IMG/VR virus record: IMGVR_UViG_3300021197_001898
From: a virus
DNA length: 64,000 nucleotides
Reading direction: 5' to 3' (one strand)
Shown in pieces: positions 17,373 to 28,300 of the stretch (position 1 is its first letter; each line of letters opens with the position of its first letter). The translations under genes were made by a program, and so were the position numbers. The notes beneath the pieces are model-generated. The model searched no databases, was not told where the DNA came from, and saw nothing but the letters and a program-made list of their open reading frames with translations.

Positions 17373-20300
17373 CTAATACTTTCCTTTATTCGCTGAATCT
17401 TTAGCTGATTCTTTGGAGTATTTTCCAGACACAGCTTCTTTGTACCTCTGTTTCGCTAGATCCTCAGCTGATTCTTTGGAGTATTTTCCAGACACAGCTT
17501 CTTTGTATCTTTGTTTCGCTAAATCTTCAGCTGATTTTGATGAGGGCTTTTCTCTTTTCTCCATTTTTGCTTCTGCCTTTTTTGCCTGTTTGCGATCTTC
17601 TTTCACAATGTCTCCCAAGACAGAAACAGGCTTAGGGGCCTTAGCTGGTGCAGCAGGCTTTACCTTAGAGATCTTAAATCGTACCGGCTTCTTGGCCGCT
17701 TCTGGCGATTTGATATCCATTTCTGAATTTTCATAACTCTCCAACTTATACTTACCTTCTGGAAGACCTTCCTTTACCTCTGCTACCGATACTTCCTTGT
17801 ATTCTGGGGAACCCAACATCGGCTTTCCTTTGGCATCCTTCTTAAATCCCTCTAGTTTCATAATCTTTTTCACTGAGCCATACAATACTGCTGGCGCTTT
17901 CGCAGGAGTGGCGCCAACGGGCGTCTCTTCTTCTGCTAACTTTAAGATCTGCATCGGAGGATTGTAGTTCTTCTTCTTTACCTCTGAAGGTTGGATATCT
18001 GGTAGTAGCTCCTTCTTATTGGAAACTGCCTTTTTCACTCCGGCATGCCAACCGGCGGCGGTGGCCGGCGGGTTTACCTTTTCCTTTGTGGCGGCGGTGA
18101 CTTTGATTATCTTTCGGGCCGGTAATTTTTTAAACTTTTCTGGTGGGTTTTCTTCTAGTACTCTTTTTATCTTTGAGACACTTATCTCACGTAGGAGATT
18201 ATCTTTAGCAATTCTTTGTTCGACTGTTTTGCGAACGATCTCTGCGACGGCGGCTGCCTTATCTGTTATCTCGAATTCAGGACCAACCTCAGCAGACAAG
18301 TCTTCCAAAAACTCTATCACCGGAGAAGGCTCTGTAGAAACCTCTCTGCAGAGACTTCTAGCAGAGTCCACAGTTGCAACGCTTTTTTTATCCATCTCTC
18401 TTATGAAAATGGCGTTACCTTTTTCGGACGCTAATTCCGATTCTAGTGCTCTTTTCATCCCGTCTATAAAGTCAAGCTTTTTTGAGCCACGGCGGCGGCG
18501 TCGAGTCGGCCTTCCCAGAACAAGCGGTCGGGCTGAGCCTAGGGAGTCCTTTTTTCTCTCTTCTTCCCTGCGAATAACGTAATCCATAACCTTGTATTGT
18601 GATGATTGCTGTCCTTGGCGGCGGCGGCGTGATCCTCGTGATCCTCGTCGCGACCTTCCACTTCTACGTTCGTACCTCAGTACGAGAGCTTCGTCTTCGT
18701 CGGAATCTTCTCCTTCCGCCTTAAAGGAAAACGATAATGGATCAGGACCGGGGATATTAAATTTATCAAATGTCAAAGAGGCTGGCGTGTTGTCGTACTT
18801 CCCATCTTCAACTCCTGTATCAAACTTATCCATCTCTTTCATTAAGCGATTTTTGATATCTTCTGCAGAGTAGTCTCTCTGTCCTTCTTGCGAATACTTT
18901 CCAGCCATAGCGTCTTTATATCTTTGTTTCGCTAGATCTTCAGCTGATTCTTGGGAGTATTTTCCATCCATAGCGTCTTTATATCTTTGTTTCGCCAAAT
19001 CCTCAGCTGATTCTTGGGAGTATTTTCCAGACATAGCGTCTTGATATCTTTGTTTCGCTAGATCCTCAGCGAGGGATGATTCGCGTGATGGTCGTCGTGC
19101 CAACGACATTGACGACATTGACGTTCGCGGCGGGCTTGATACCATATCCAAGAAGTCCATAGATGGTGCAGATCGGTCGCTAGCGTCGACAAAATCGTCA
19201 ACGTCTGAGTACCATCTTTGCACAGTTATCAGGCTTGGTGCCCTACCGGACGATCCTGCTTGGCCTGGAGTTAGCTGCACGTTTGATGCGTCCTTTATAA
19301 GGTCGACATCGACAATGTCTTCTAGAAGGCTCTGCATTTCCTGAAAGGATCCCAATATTTCTAATATTTGTGATGGTCGGGAATTGTCTGGCAACATTAA
19401 AGACAGTATGTTATCGACATCAAATCTTGCTTTACCACCAAATGCGTCTGCTCGGGAGACGTTACCTATTCTGAAACTGGCGTCCGCATAGACAACATTC
19501 ACCACTTCAAAGTACGCCTCGGCCATTCTGGCAAAGTTGTACTTTCCGTTCGCGTAATTTACAAAGTCTGGGGCAAAAGCCTTTCTTATATGGTTATAAT
19601 TACCTCTGCTCTCAGTTCTCTGTACTCTTCTTGCTCTGTAGTCCGGATTGATCTCTTCTGCTGAAGGGCTAGAGACGCCTGCCCTCGACAAGTATCCTGC
19701 AGAAGTTACAGGGATTGCACACTCGTTATAATACTCTTCGAGGATCTTTGTCTGGACTTGTAGGCTTTTTAAGATTTCTGTCAAGTACCTCTCAATCCCG
19801 TCTTCGTATGTAAGTTCTATTCCGTACTGATAGACTCCCTTGTCGATGGATCTGAGTGTCCTGTCTGCACCAATAATGTTCCTATAGAAAGGGAATGGTA
19901 GAGTTCTATACGAAGCCAATGGTACCGGATCGTCGGGAGATGAGTTAATCCAGCTTGTAAAACCTTCAGATCCTATAGACGACGCTAGTTCTGCGAAGGA
20001 TTCATCAGAAATGGATCCCTGGTTTGTTCGGCTTTCCAACATAACGTCGTCTTCCCCAAAGCGTCTACTGCTTTCGTTGGCTGCTCTGTGCGGTTCACCG
20101 GTTTCAGCAACTATAAAATCAGGCTCATTGCGATCGAAAACATCCTTTGCGCCGAAGCCAAGAGAGTTAATTCCTAGATCGTTATCTGTAACTCTCCTTC
20201 TTCGCACCTTTGCACTCACTAATCTAAAATAATCTCTGGGTCTTAGAACATTGTACTTTGTTACATTTGGTAATTTCTGGTATATTGATCCAAACTTTGA

Positions 20301-21392
20301 GTTCTCTCTCAGTATCTGCTCTTGATCTATTAAGAATTCAAAGGTTACGTTTCCGTTTGTTGGTTCATATTCAACCTCAAGCCTAGAGTTGAATTGGTTT
20401 GAACGCTTACTCTTCAGAAGCTTCTCTTCTAGATCGTTTTGCAGAAAACTAGGCATACCTTTCGGTACGTACAAGTCGGCCTCGGACCTCTTGAACGTCC
20501 TAAAGTCTTGAACCTTTAAGTTTGGTACCATTATCGATGTCAAATATTCTGTATCGCCTTCGTTGTGAGAGCGACCTGGCATATATCTACCGTTGAGCAT
20601 CACATGATAGGGGCCGGTCCAGGGTGTTCCCTTGGAATCGAGCAGCACCATAGAGAATGGATTGGTCTGGCCCCCACTAATAGTTTTGTTATAGACCATT
20701 TTACCATACAAGTTATTTAAAAACTTCATTTCTTCTGCTGGAATGTCCATATCAAATATGCTAAAATCTATAAACGTGAAAGCATAGAAGCTAAAATGGT
20801 CGACGTTTGCAGGAATGCCCGTTACGCTAAAAGATCGCGGAAGCCTATAGACTGGTCTATTGTTGCTGTCGTATGTCTTTAGAAGCTCCACAGTGGAGGC
20901 AACGTACTGTTCCCCATTTACGGGTCTTGCAACCTCAGAAAAGAACTGTATATCGTTTGGTGCGTTGTTGCCGAGAGTTCTTGAGGCCGCTAGGTTCTCC
21001 ATTGCTTGCTTGATTGTTGGTGACTGGAGATATTCCAGACCTGCTCCTCTTATTTGTCTGAGCTTTTCTTCAAAAGTTGGTGCTTGACCTCCCCTTCTGA
21101 CGAGTAGGTTTCTTATTGTTCGGTCAGCAAAGGGCGTTGTTGCAACAACAACACACACCTTGAGAGCTTCATCAAACTTACGCTCTAGATCTGTCAAGGA
21201 ATCGTCTGGCTGTTTGTCCATTTTTCGGATTGCTGATCTTCGAATGTCGTCTGCTAAGACGTCCTCAACTTCTAAATCTATCGTGGTTACCAACTGATCA
21301 TCAGGAGCTGACTCTAGCGTGACTCTGCGAATAACGACGTCCGGAAGAAAGTCTCCGATAATATCGCTTCTTGAATAGTTAAGGGTAGACAT
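17373..21392 (-). CDS. Large putative virion protein with 21-aa repeats and Arg/Lys-rich C-terminal half
   Basis: 1339-aa ORF: globular N-terminal ~750 aa, then 3 and 2 copies of (S/L)AEDLAKQRY...GKYSxE flanking Arg-rich and Lys/Pro/Ala-rich segments. Confidence 0.65.
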   Translation of the reverse strand: MSTLNYSRSDIIGDFLPDVVIRRVTLESAPDDQLVTTIDLEVEDVLADDIRRSAIRKMDKQPDDSLTDLERKFDEALKVCVVVATTPFADRTIRNLLVRRGGQAPTFEEKLRQIRGAGLEYLQSPTIKQAMENLAASRTLGNNAPNDIQFFSEVARPVNGEQYVASTVELLKTYDSNNRPVYRLPRSFSVTGIPANVDHFSFYAFTFIDFSIFDMDIPAEEMKFLNNLYGKMVYNKTISGGQTNPFSMVLLDSKGTPWTGPYHVMLNGRYMPGRSHNEGDTEYLTSIMVPNLKVQDFRTFKRSEADLYVPKGMPSFLQNDLEEKLLKSKRSNQFNSRLEVEYEPTNGNVTFEFLIDQEQILRENSKFGSIYQKLPNVTKYNVLRPRDYFRLVSAKVRRRRVTDNDLGINSLGFGAKDVFDRNEPDFIVAETGEPHRAANESSRRFGEDDVMLESRTNQGSISDESFAELASSIGSEGFTSWINSSPDDPVPLASYRTLPFPFYRNIIGADRTLRSIDKGVYQYGIELTYEDGIERYLTEILKSLQVQTKILEEYYNECAIPVTSAGYLSRAGVSSPSAEEINPDYRARRVQRTESRGNYNHIRKAFAPDFVNYANGKYNFARMAEAYFEVVNVVYADASFRIGNVSRADAFGGKARFDVDNILSLMLPDNSRPSQILEILGSFQEMQSLLEDIVDVDLIKDASNVQLTPGQAGSSGRAPSLITVQRWYSDVDDFVDASDRSAPSMDFLDMVSSPPRTSMSSMSLARRPSRESSLAEDLAKQRYQDAMSGKYSQESAEDLAKQRYKDAMDGKYSQESAEDLAKQRYKDAMAGKYSQEGQRDYSAEDIKNRLMKEMDKFDTGVEDGKYDNTPASLTFDKFNIPGPDPLSFSFKAEGEDSDEDEALVLRYERRSGRSRRGSRGSRRRRQGQQSSQYKVMDYVIRREEERKKDSLGSARPLVLGRPTRRRRRGSKKLDFIDGMKRALESELASEKGNAIFIREMDKKSVATVDSARSLCREVSTEPSPVIEFLEDLSAEVGPEFEITDKAAAVAEIVRKTVEQRIAKDNLLREISVSKIKRVLEENPPEKFKKLPARKIIKVTAATKEKVNPPATAAGWHAGVKKAVSNKKELLPDIQPSEVKKKNYNPPMQILKLAEEETPVGATPAKAPAVLYGSVKKIMKLEGFKKDAKGKPMLGSPEYKEVSVAEVKEGLPEGKYKLESYENSEMDIKSPEAAKKPVRFKISKVKPAAPAKAPKPVSVLGDIVKEDRKQAKKAEAKMEKREKPSSKSAEDLAKQRYKEAVSGKYSKESAEDLAKQRYKEAVSGKYSKESAKDSANKGKY
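17403..17536. repeat. 63-bp tandem repeat, 2+ copies (SAEDLAKQRYKEAVSGKYSKE)
   Basis: AGCTGATT starts at 17403, 17466 and 17529 (period 63). Confidence 0.95.
18885..19070. repeat. 63-bp tandem repeat, about 3 copies (SAEDLAKQRYKDAMxGKYSQE)
   Basis: TTCTTG starts at 18885, 18948 and 19011 (period 63); homologous to the 17403 array. Confidence 0.95.
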
Positions 21393-22342
21393 TAGTCGCA
21401 GAACTCCTCATCATCTGGCTCTTCTATGATAAAAGTTTCGAAGTCATAATCTCTAGCCATTGATACTTGATTATCATATAAGACTTCAAAATAAGTCTTT
21501 AGACTCCTGGCTCTGTCGACTCCAGGTCGACTAAGATACAGGGATGTTAGCTTTTCGTCTTTTACTGTTACGCCATTTCTAACAATCTCTTCTTCATCGT
21601 CAACCGTAAAAAACTCTATTTCAAAATTTTCATTATCATATGATACGTTGTCTTCTGCTATTTCTAGAACTATTTGATTTCTAGCTACGTGCAATTTTAC
21701 TCTGTCAACAAACGTAATTTGACCCTCTGTACCGTCCTGCTCTACGTATTGCTCCATATTAAAATCTTGATCTTCCGGAAGATACTCTGATTCTAAATCA
21801 TAGTCAACAATCATGTTTATTTGTGGTCTTCTCATGCCTATGTTTGGCCCTGAAGAACTTACTTCGATTGGTGTCTCAAAGCGTTGAGCGTTAAGACTCA
21901 CAACAGACCAAGATGGTGCTTCCTTGTTCCCAAGCTCAGAATTTCCTAAAAGATTTCTAACTAACTTTCTGTCGTCAGGAACCATCAGAATATCGTCCAC
22001 ATTGTCACTTCCGTATAAAGCATCCGGAGGCATCTTGCTTAATATCCCACTTCTCGTATTCTCTGCAGTTGTTTCTGCTATCTGTTCGTCTAATCTGGCT
22101 ACTCTCGTTTCTGCACTCTCGTTATCATAAATTGGTCTAATTCTTATTGTGTCTTCCTGGATTCTCTCTGAAGATTCTTTCTTTATTTCTACTTTGTTTT
22201 CGCCATAAGAGTTATCGTATAGGACTTCATCATCGGAGAACGCATAAAACGCCGGCTTGAACTTGCCCTTAGAGAGAAGATACTTACCATATGCGGTAAG
22301 TTGTATCTCCATCACCTCTTCTTTCTTGTTAAAAAACGACAT
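21392..22342 (-). CDS. Tail/baseplate structural protein, paralog of 12914..13930
   Basis: MSFFNKKEEVMEIQLTAYGKYLLSKGKFKPAFYAFSDDEVLY aligns by eye with the N-terminus of 12914..13930. Confidence 0.65.
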   Translation of the reverse strand: MSFFNKKEEVMEIQLTAYGKYLLSKGKFKPAFYAFSDDEVLYDNSYGENKVEIKKESSERIQEDTIRIRPIYDNESAETRVARLDEQIAETTAENTRSGILSKMPPDALYGSDNVDDILMVPDDRKLVRNLLGNSELGNKEAPSWSVVSLNAQRFETPIEVSSSGPNIGMRRPQINMIVDYDLESEYLPEDQDFNMEQYVEQDGTEGQITFVDRVKLHVARNQIVLEIAEDNVSYDNENFEIEFFTVDDEEEIVRNGVTVKDEKLTSLYLSRPGVDRARSLKTYFEVLYDNQVSMARDYDFETFIIEEPDDEEFCD

Positions 22343-25300
22343 TACTCATCCTCTTTTGGTACAATCATAGCAAATGGTACTACAGCTTCTTTGTCAGAAC
22401 CTTCGTCTGACTGTAGATTCGCTCTACGAATCACGTCTAGCACGTCTTCCGGTTCTGGTGGGTTTGCGGAATCTTCGTTCTTAATGAATCCAAGCTCTGC
22501 ATCCAATTTAACTAGTTCGACCAGAGAGAAATAATCGTATGGCCAGTTAAATCCATACTCATAAATATCGTTCTCAACAGACAATGAGCGTCCGGGGTGA
22601 CCAAGAGGCAACTTGTCTCTTGCCATCTTCTTGAAGTAATTTGTTTCTGCTCGTTGCTTGACCTTGAACACAAGCCACTTAACATCCTTATTGAGGTTTC
22701 CAGACAACAGGTCTAGATCGCCGCCCAACTCATGAGAGACTACTGACTCCTCTTTTATAGCGTCTACGTCGCTATTGTGGAAGTCGTCTCTTGCTATGTC
22801 TGGTGGAAGGTTTTGCCACAAGGCCGCGAGGTCCTTCTTTTGCAGTGTGTGTTCGAACTCAAAAAGGTACATAACGAAGGGGTCAACATATTTTCCGGAA
22901 GTGCGATCGTTGTACTTCAAGAAATTCATCTTTGGAGGTATGACATAACCAAGCATCTTGCCAACCATCGATTGAATCGATGGACGCACGGTGATTGGCG
23001 TTGGACCTTGCTCGTTTGCGCGGGCGCGGCTTCTGCCTCCGCGTGCCCCCTTTCTAACATTGCTGTTTTCTGCGCGGTCTAAGTGATCTTTCTTGTAGTC
23101 TGCATAGCCTGCGTTCTGAACTGCCTTGTAGACTTCGTTTCTTCGTAAGCCGAAAAAATCTCTTTGGCCGTCGGCTCCCTCTATGAACGGAACGGCGACG
23201 ACCGCTTCCTTGATTGTCTTCGTTTCTGCAAGAGTTCCGACCTTCTTTGCCTTTCTATTTGGCTTTCTAACTCCAGCTTCCACAAAAGAGAGGCCTAGGA
23301 GTGTACTCAGGTCTGATGCGCCGGAATCTAAGCCTGGCGGAAGGATCTGTATCTGAATTGGTGATTCGTTTACATTGTTTGGACTCTGATGCCACATACC
23401 TATCGTCTTTGTTAGGCCAGGTGGGACAGGGGAAGACGCCGATACGTTACGGAAATCGAATGTTGGGCACTCAAATTTAGTTTGTATTGCCCAGAAATCT
23501 CTCATTATTGTTTGATTATCGCGGGTGTTCTCAAAAACCGGTACTATGCTCTTATCTTCAAGGCCCATTCCATAAAAACTAGCAGAGAGTTGCATAGAAG
23601 TTGATTTATTGAGACTAGAAGTCGTGATCAACAAGGAATCATCAACCATATCAGAGTTGGTCTGGCCACCAAAATGATCAAGGACAGGCCAAGAACCTGT
23701 AATATTCGTCATCCTGTTTGACTTGATGTGGTTATCTGTTAGCTTTGTTGAGATTCTTTCTAGAACATCGCTTATCTTTGTGTAAGAACCTGATAGGCTT
23801 GGTCTAAATGAGTACTCCACTTCTGCAAATCCATCATAATGAGGAGGAGTAAACGGCGCGTAACCCCAAGCGTTCATAAATACGCCTCGATCTCCACCAC
23901 CAGCAGGCATTAGACTTCCGTGAACAAACTTCTCACTAGTAAAGCCTTCGTCCCCAGCATCAACAGGAGGGCCGAATGCCGAAGCCCTGTTGTACATCGG
24001 GAAGTCGCCGGATGGGTCTCTAAGAAGTTTTATTCTCATCTTGTATGTCTTCTGTAAATCTACCTGCTCTTCCAGTCTATCGTTCGTTGCAATAACCGTC
24101 CCATGTCCGTCTTTAAGGAAGAAGGTCATAGACTCTGCAAAGAAGTTGTTCGCTGCTAAACTATATTGATCAAAACCTGATCTACTAGCATTGATTGAAT
24201 CCAAGTTAAAGCTTGAAGTTATCTGGCTAGAGTTTAGTGGCGTGCCCCAACTTGAAGTCTGGTGCGTATGATCTGTAGAATTCACGTTTCTTGTCCAGTT
24301 TGCTGCGTGCAAGCTAGCACTCGGGTGTGGCTCGTTGTCATAAATAACAAAGTTCGAACCGTTGACCGTCTTTAAGTTAACCGGGGCATACAGCTTTGGA
24401 TCAACAATTGCCTCGAAAGGAACTCTCGTTACCTTGTCAATGCCGTGAGCTGCCTTTTGTCCACGTCCCCACCAGTTATTCTGAAAAAGGCGAGTCAAGT
24501 CTGATGTTCTGCTTGGGTTATCCAGAGCATCGGATCCAAAATAGCCAGCTCTAGACACACCCCAGCTAGCTGAACCAATCCTTGCAATACCCGAATCTTG
24601 TGTTTCGTTCCACCTTGATCCCGTGATGAAGGATGGGTACATTAGCGCGCCGGTAAGCGCGACCTTCCTATGAGAGTCGGGACTCGTGTACGAGGCCGGA
24701 GAACCCTCTAGCTCTCTAACATCCTTGATACCACAGCCTCTCTGGTAACTGCCACCGTTGGTAAACAAGCCGACGCCAGAAGAAGCGACCTTGGCAACCG
24801 TTGTCCAAGCGTCTGTAAACCCTGCAAAAACACCTGACATGTTTGTCAAGATGTGACTTCTCGGTGCAGAGCGCGCACGGTTCAGCATAAACATCTGATT
24901 TGTCATTCCCGTAGATGGTGAACCGCCGTCGTGAACATAACCTGTGTCGTCACCCATTCTGAACCAACCAATCAAGGAAGGCTGATAGGACTTCGGTACA
25001 CACCAGTCTGGTATCCACGGACCACGAGAGCCCGAGATTCCACCACCGTACAGCCCTGTTGCCGCTGCAGCCGGAAGTGGTGTGTTCCATATCGATACTT
25101 CGTCCATGTGGACAGGCAAAGACTTGTACAACTTCGACATTTCATCGTTTTTGTCGTGCTCATATCTGTGGAGTCCAATAGTGCAATTTGATCTGTTGCG
25201 ATAAGCTCCATTCGCAGTATCGTTTGACCTGTCTGTGCGTCCGCCAGAACTGCTGAGTATGCTTGTTCCCATTCTGCTTGAGTCATCTTCTGCTCCGCCG

Positions 25301-28300
25301 AACTCAAAAGTCCCGTTAGAAGCGCTAGATTCCACACCCATTGCGTTACCATTCAGGTATATCGCCGGATTAGTTGAGTTGCCCCACTCATATGACAACA
25401 TAATGTGGTACCATTTAGAGTTCTGAGATAGGCAAGACCCTGTAGTTCTCCACACCTTGTAAGAAGAGGTGTGGTGGATACCGAAAACAAGCAATCCACC
25501 CTCTTTTCTAAACTCTATTCCTGTCGCGTTAGCATTGTGGAATGCATGTGTATCTCCGAACATTACTAGGCTTCCGGATGTTGTTTCCTGTGATGCCTGA
25601 TTCGGACTAGTCGGCACATTACTGTCAGGATCCTTATAAAAATTACACCACATTGACAAGGATACGCCTCGGCCTGCGATGGAACCAGAATCCAGGTGCA
25701 TACCCGAAGAGCCTGTGCCAAAGTTGTTGCGCGATGGAGTACCTGGTGAGTTAGAACCCGTAAACAGCGTGGCCCACTTCTCTGCGCCGCCAATATCGAC
25801 ATAGTTCCTGGTATTTGCTTTAAATCTTGTACAGAATCTGTTGAATTCCCTGTCCTTTGTTGGCTCGTATATCGGATAGTCAACTGCTATGCCAGATTTT
25901 ATTGAGTTATATGCAATTCCTGGCGCGTAGAATGGCTTTAGTGCAGTCTGCCAAGAGCCCATAGGGTTAGGATTCATAAACTGGCCATAGGACTGGCTAA
26001 ACAATGTTGCCATTTGTAGAGTTCTTTGTGCAGGATATAAACCATCATAAGGAAGGAACTTCTTCAGCGCCTTGCACCTAAGAGTCAAAGAATCCTCTGA
26101 CATTCCAATTTCTTCGTGATCCTCTTTTACAACATCAAAGTACTTTATAAAATCACTATGACCCAAGACCTTAAAGAATTCTCCCTTACTGCTGTCCGAA
26201 TAATCATCTGCTGCGCCAGTTAGTGAGAACTGACTGCTTATTGGGCACTCATAAAACGGGTCGCTGGATTGCTTGCCTTCATAATGTGGCATGTGCTCGC
26301 TGATTCTAAATTCTGGAATTACAGAGTAATCTTTACCCATCAATCTTATTTGTTCTGCCCACGACTGATAGTTGTCATACGGGAATGGATTACCGGCTTC
26401 CCACTTTGCAGCGCCGCCCAAGTAGGTTGTGTTGTGCATCTTGAATTTAACAAACTTACTTCTCTCGATATAGTTAACTGCGTCGTACATCGTTGGGTCT
26501 GTCTGCTTTTGGCTGTGGTACCAAGATACGAATCCTTGTCTAGTGGATTGATGACCCCTAGAGTCGTCTCCATCGACAGGAGGTACACCGAATTCTTCGT
26601 TTTCAAAGCTTCCAAGATACCTAAAGAACCATCTTCGAGAATTGTTCGGATCCAAAGAAGCAGTAAACATTCCTTTAAAGCTATCAAAGGTGTTGTTCTT
26701 TGTTGGGTCGAATACCTGGTTTAAGAGTCCGACAGAGGCCGATGCCATCTGCTCTGGGGTTCTGTCTGTTTTCTTTATATAAGTGTAGTTTGTCCTGTTA
26801 TCTTGCGTGTACAACACCGTGTCTGAAGTGGAATACCTTACTAGGATTTGTTGTGACTTTCCGGGCAAGTTTACATAAAACCCCAGGCTTCTACTAGGGA
26901 ACTGGTTGCCCTCTTCCATTATCTCTATAGAATAGCATATGGGAGTCTCTGGGAACCTTCTAGAATAAAAGGCCGAAGCACTTGGAGCATATCTAGACGA
27001 TCCAGTCCTGAAGAGGCCGTGAGTTGTCATCAGCTCTCCTTCTCCGAATCCGCCAAGAGTGTTATCTCCACCTAAGCTAAACTCCTTGTCCTTGCCAAAG
27101 TTGACCTGTGCGTCAAGAGGCCAGATGCTAGTATCCGCGCTACTGCTGTTTTGAGAATTTAAAACACTGGTTTTTATTCTGTCACTTCTTTCTGGGCTCC
27201 ACCAATCAATTATAAAGTTCTCTCTACCTCTTGCTTTGGAGGTGTACGAGTTCACATCTCTTGGAAAGATCGTCTCAGAGTATAAAGTCTGCAGTGCTGA
27301 AGGGCTAATCTTGGATCCTAAGAATTTCGCTTTTTCTCTTTCGTTTATCTGTAGAAGGTTGACTAATTCTGGGTTAGAGAACGAGACCATATCGTTTCCG
27401 TATGTCACCTTATTTGCCGCTATGAAACTATTCCCTCGACCACTATCCTCAACTGCTGCCCTGAAGGATCCATACGCTGATGCTGCGCCGGCAGCGACAG
27501 AGAGCATATCTGCGGATCTTAATGGTTTGAACTTGGAAGTGACTGCCGACTCTGTAAATCTATATCTTTGCGTGCTGACGTTACGAGCGTTTCTAGCCGA
27601 GATATGATCGATGACTTCGGGCCAAGAATAATTATTGACAGCAAAAGGAGCTGGCGTGAAAGAGTTTGAAGTGAGAGCGTCTCTGCGCACTGCAATCGAA
27701 ACGATGTTTTCCCTTCTCAGCTTTCTCGCTACCGGGTGGTCGCCTGCTCTCATTTGCTTCCAAGAAGAGTGTCCGTACAGAGCGCCTCGATTCAAAAGAA
27801 TGTGGTTAAGGGTAGAAACATTTTTGTTACCCTCGATCGAACCAGTCAACAGCCCGCCCAAAGAGTCGATTGGAGCTAAGCCGCCGAGTGTATTGTTGCT
27901 TTCAGAGATATGCTCATATATAACAGAGTTCAACCCCAGAAAGTCAGTTGGAATGCCTGGATCCGGCTGATCTGTTAATGCGTGATCTTCCCTATAAGAC
28001 AAGAGTTTATTCGCCTCTGCTGAATGGAGGCCTCTTGTGCTTGCGCTTAAGAATCTGGGAGAGTCAAAATCAACGGAATTTGCAAGGTTTGTTTGATAGA
28101 CCGTCTCATCAGACTGCGCTTTTGGATACGTAAAGTCGGATTCAAGCCTGCTATAGCTGCAAGTCGTCTCGATTGTAGATGCTTTAATCCATGAGTAACC
28201 AAGATCCGTTCTCGGTATCTGGTGTTGTACGAACTGATTGTCGTACTTTGGTCGACACTCTTGACCAGTTTCGTCACTGCCAGTTGCAACGTATATGGGA

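Noticed and set aside
17403-19070. Two 63-bp arrays as DGR template and variable repeats
   Set aside because: Differences are not confined to adenines (for example TTG/CTA, GAT/TCT), both arrays are coding in the same ORF, and no reverse transcriptase is in the window.
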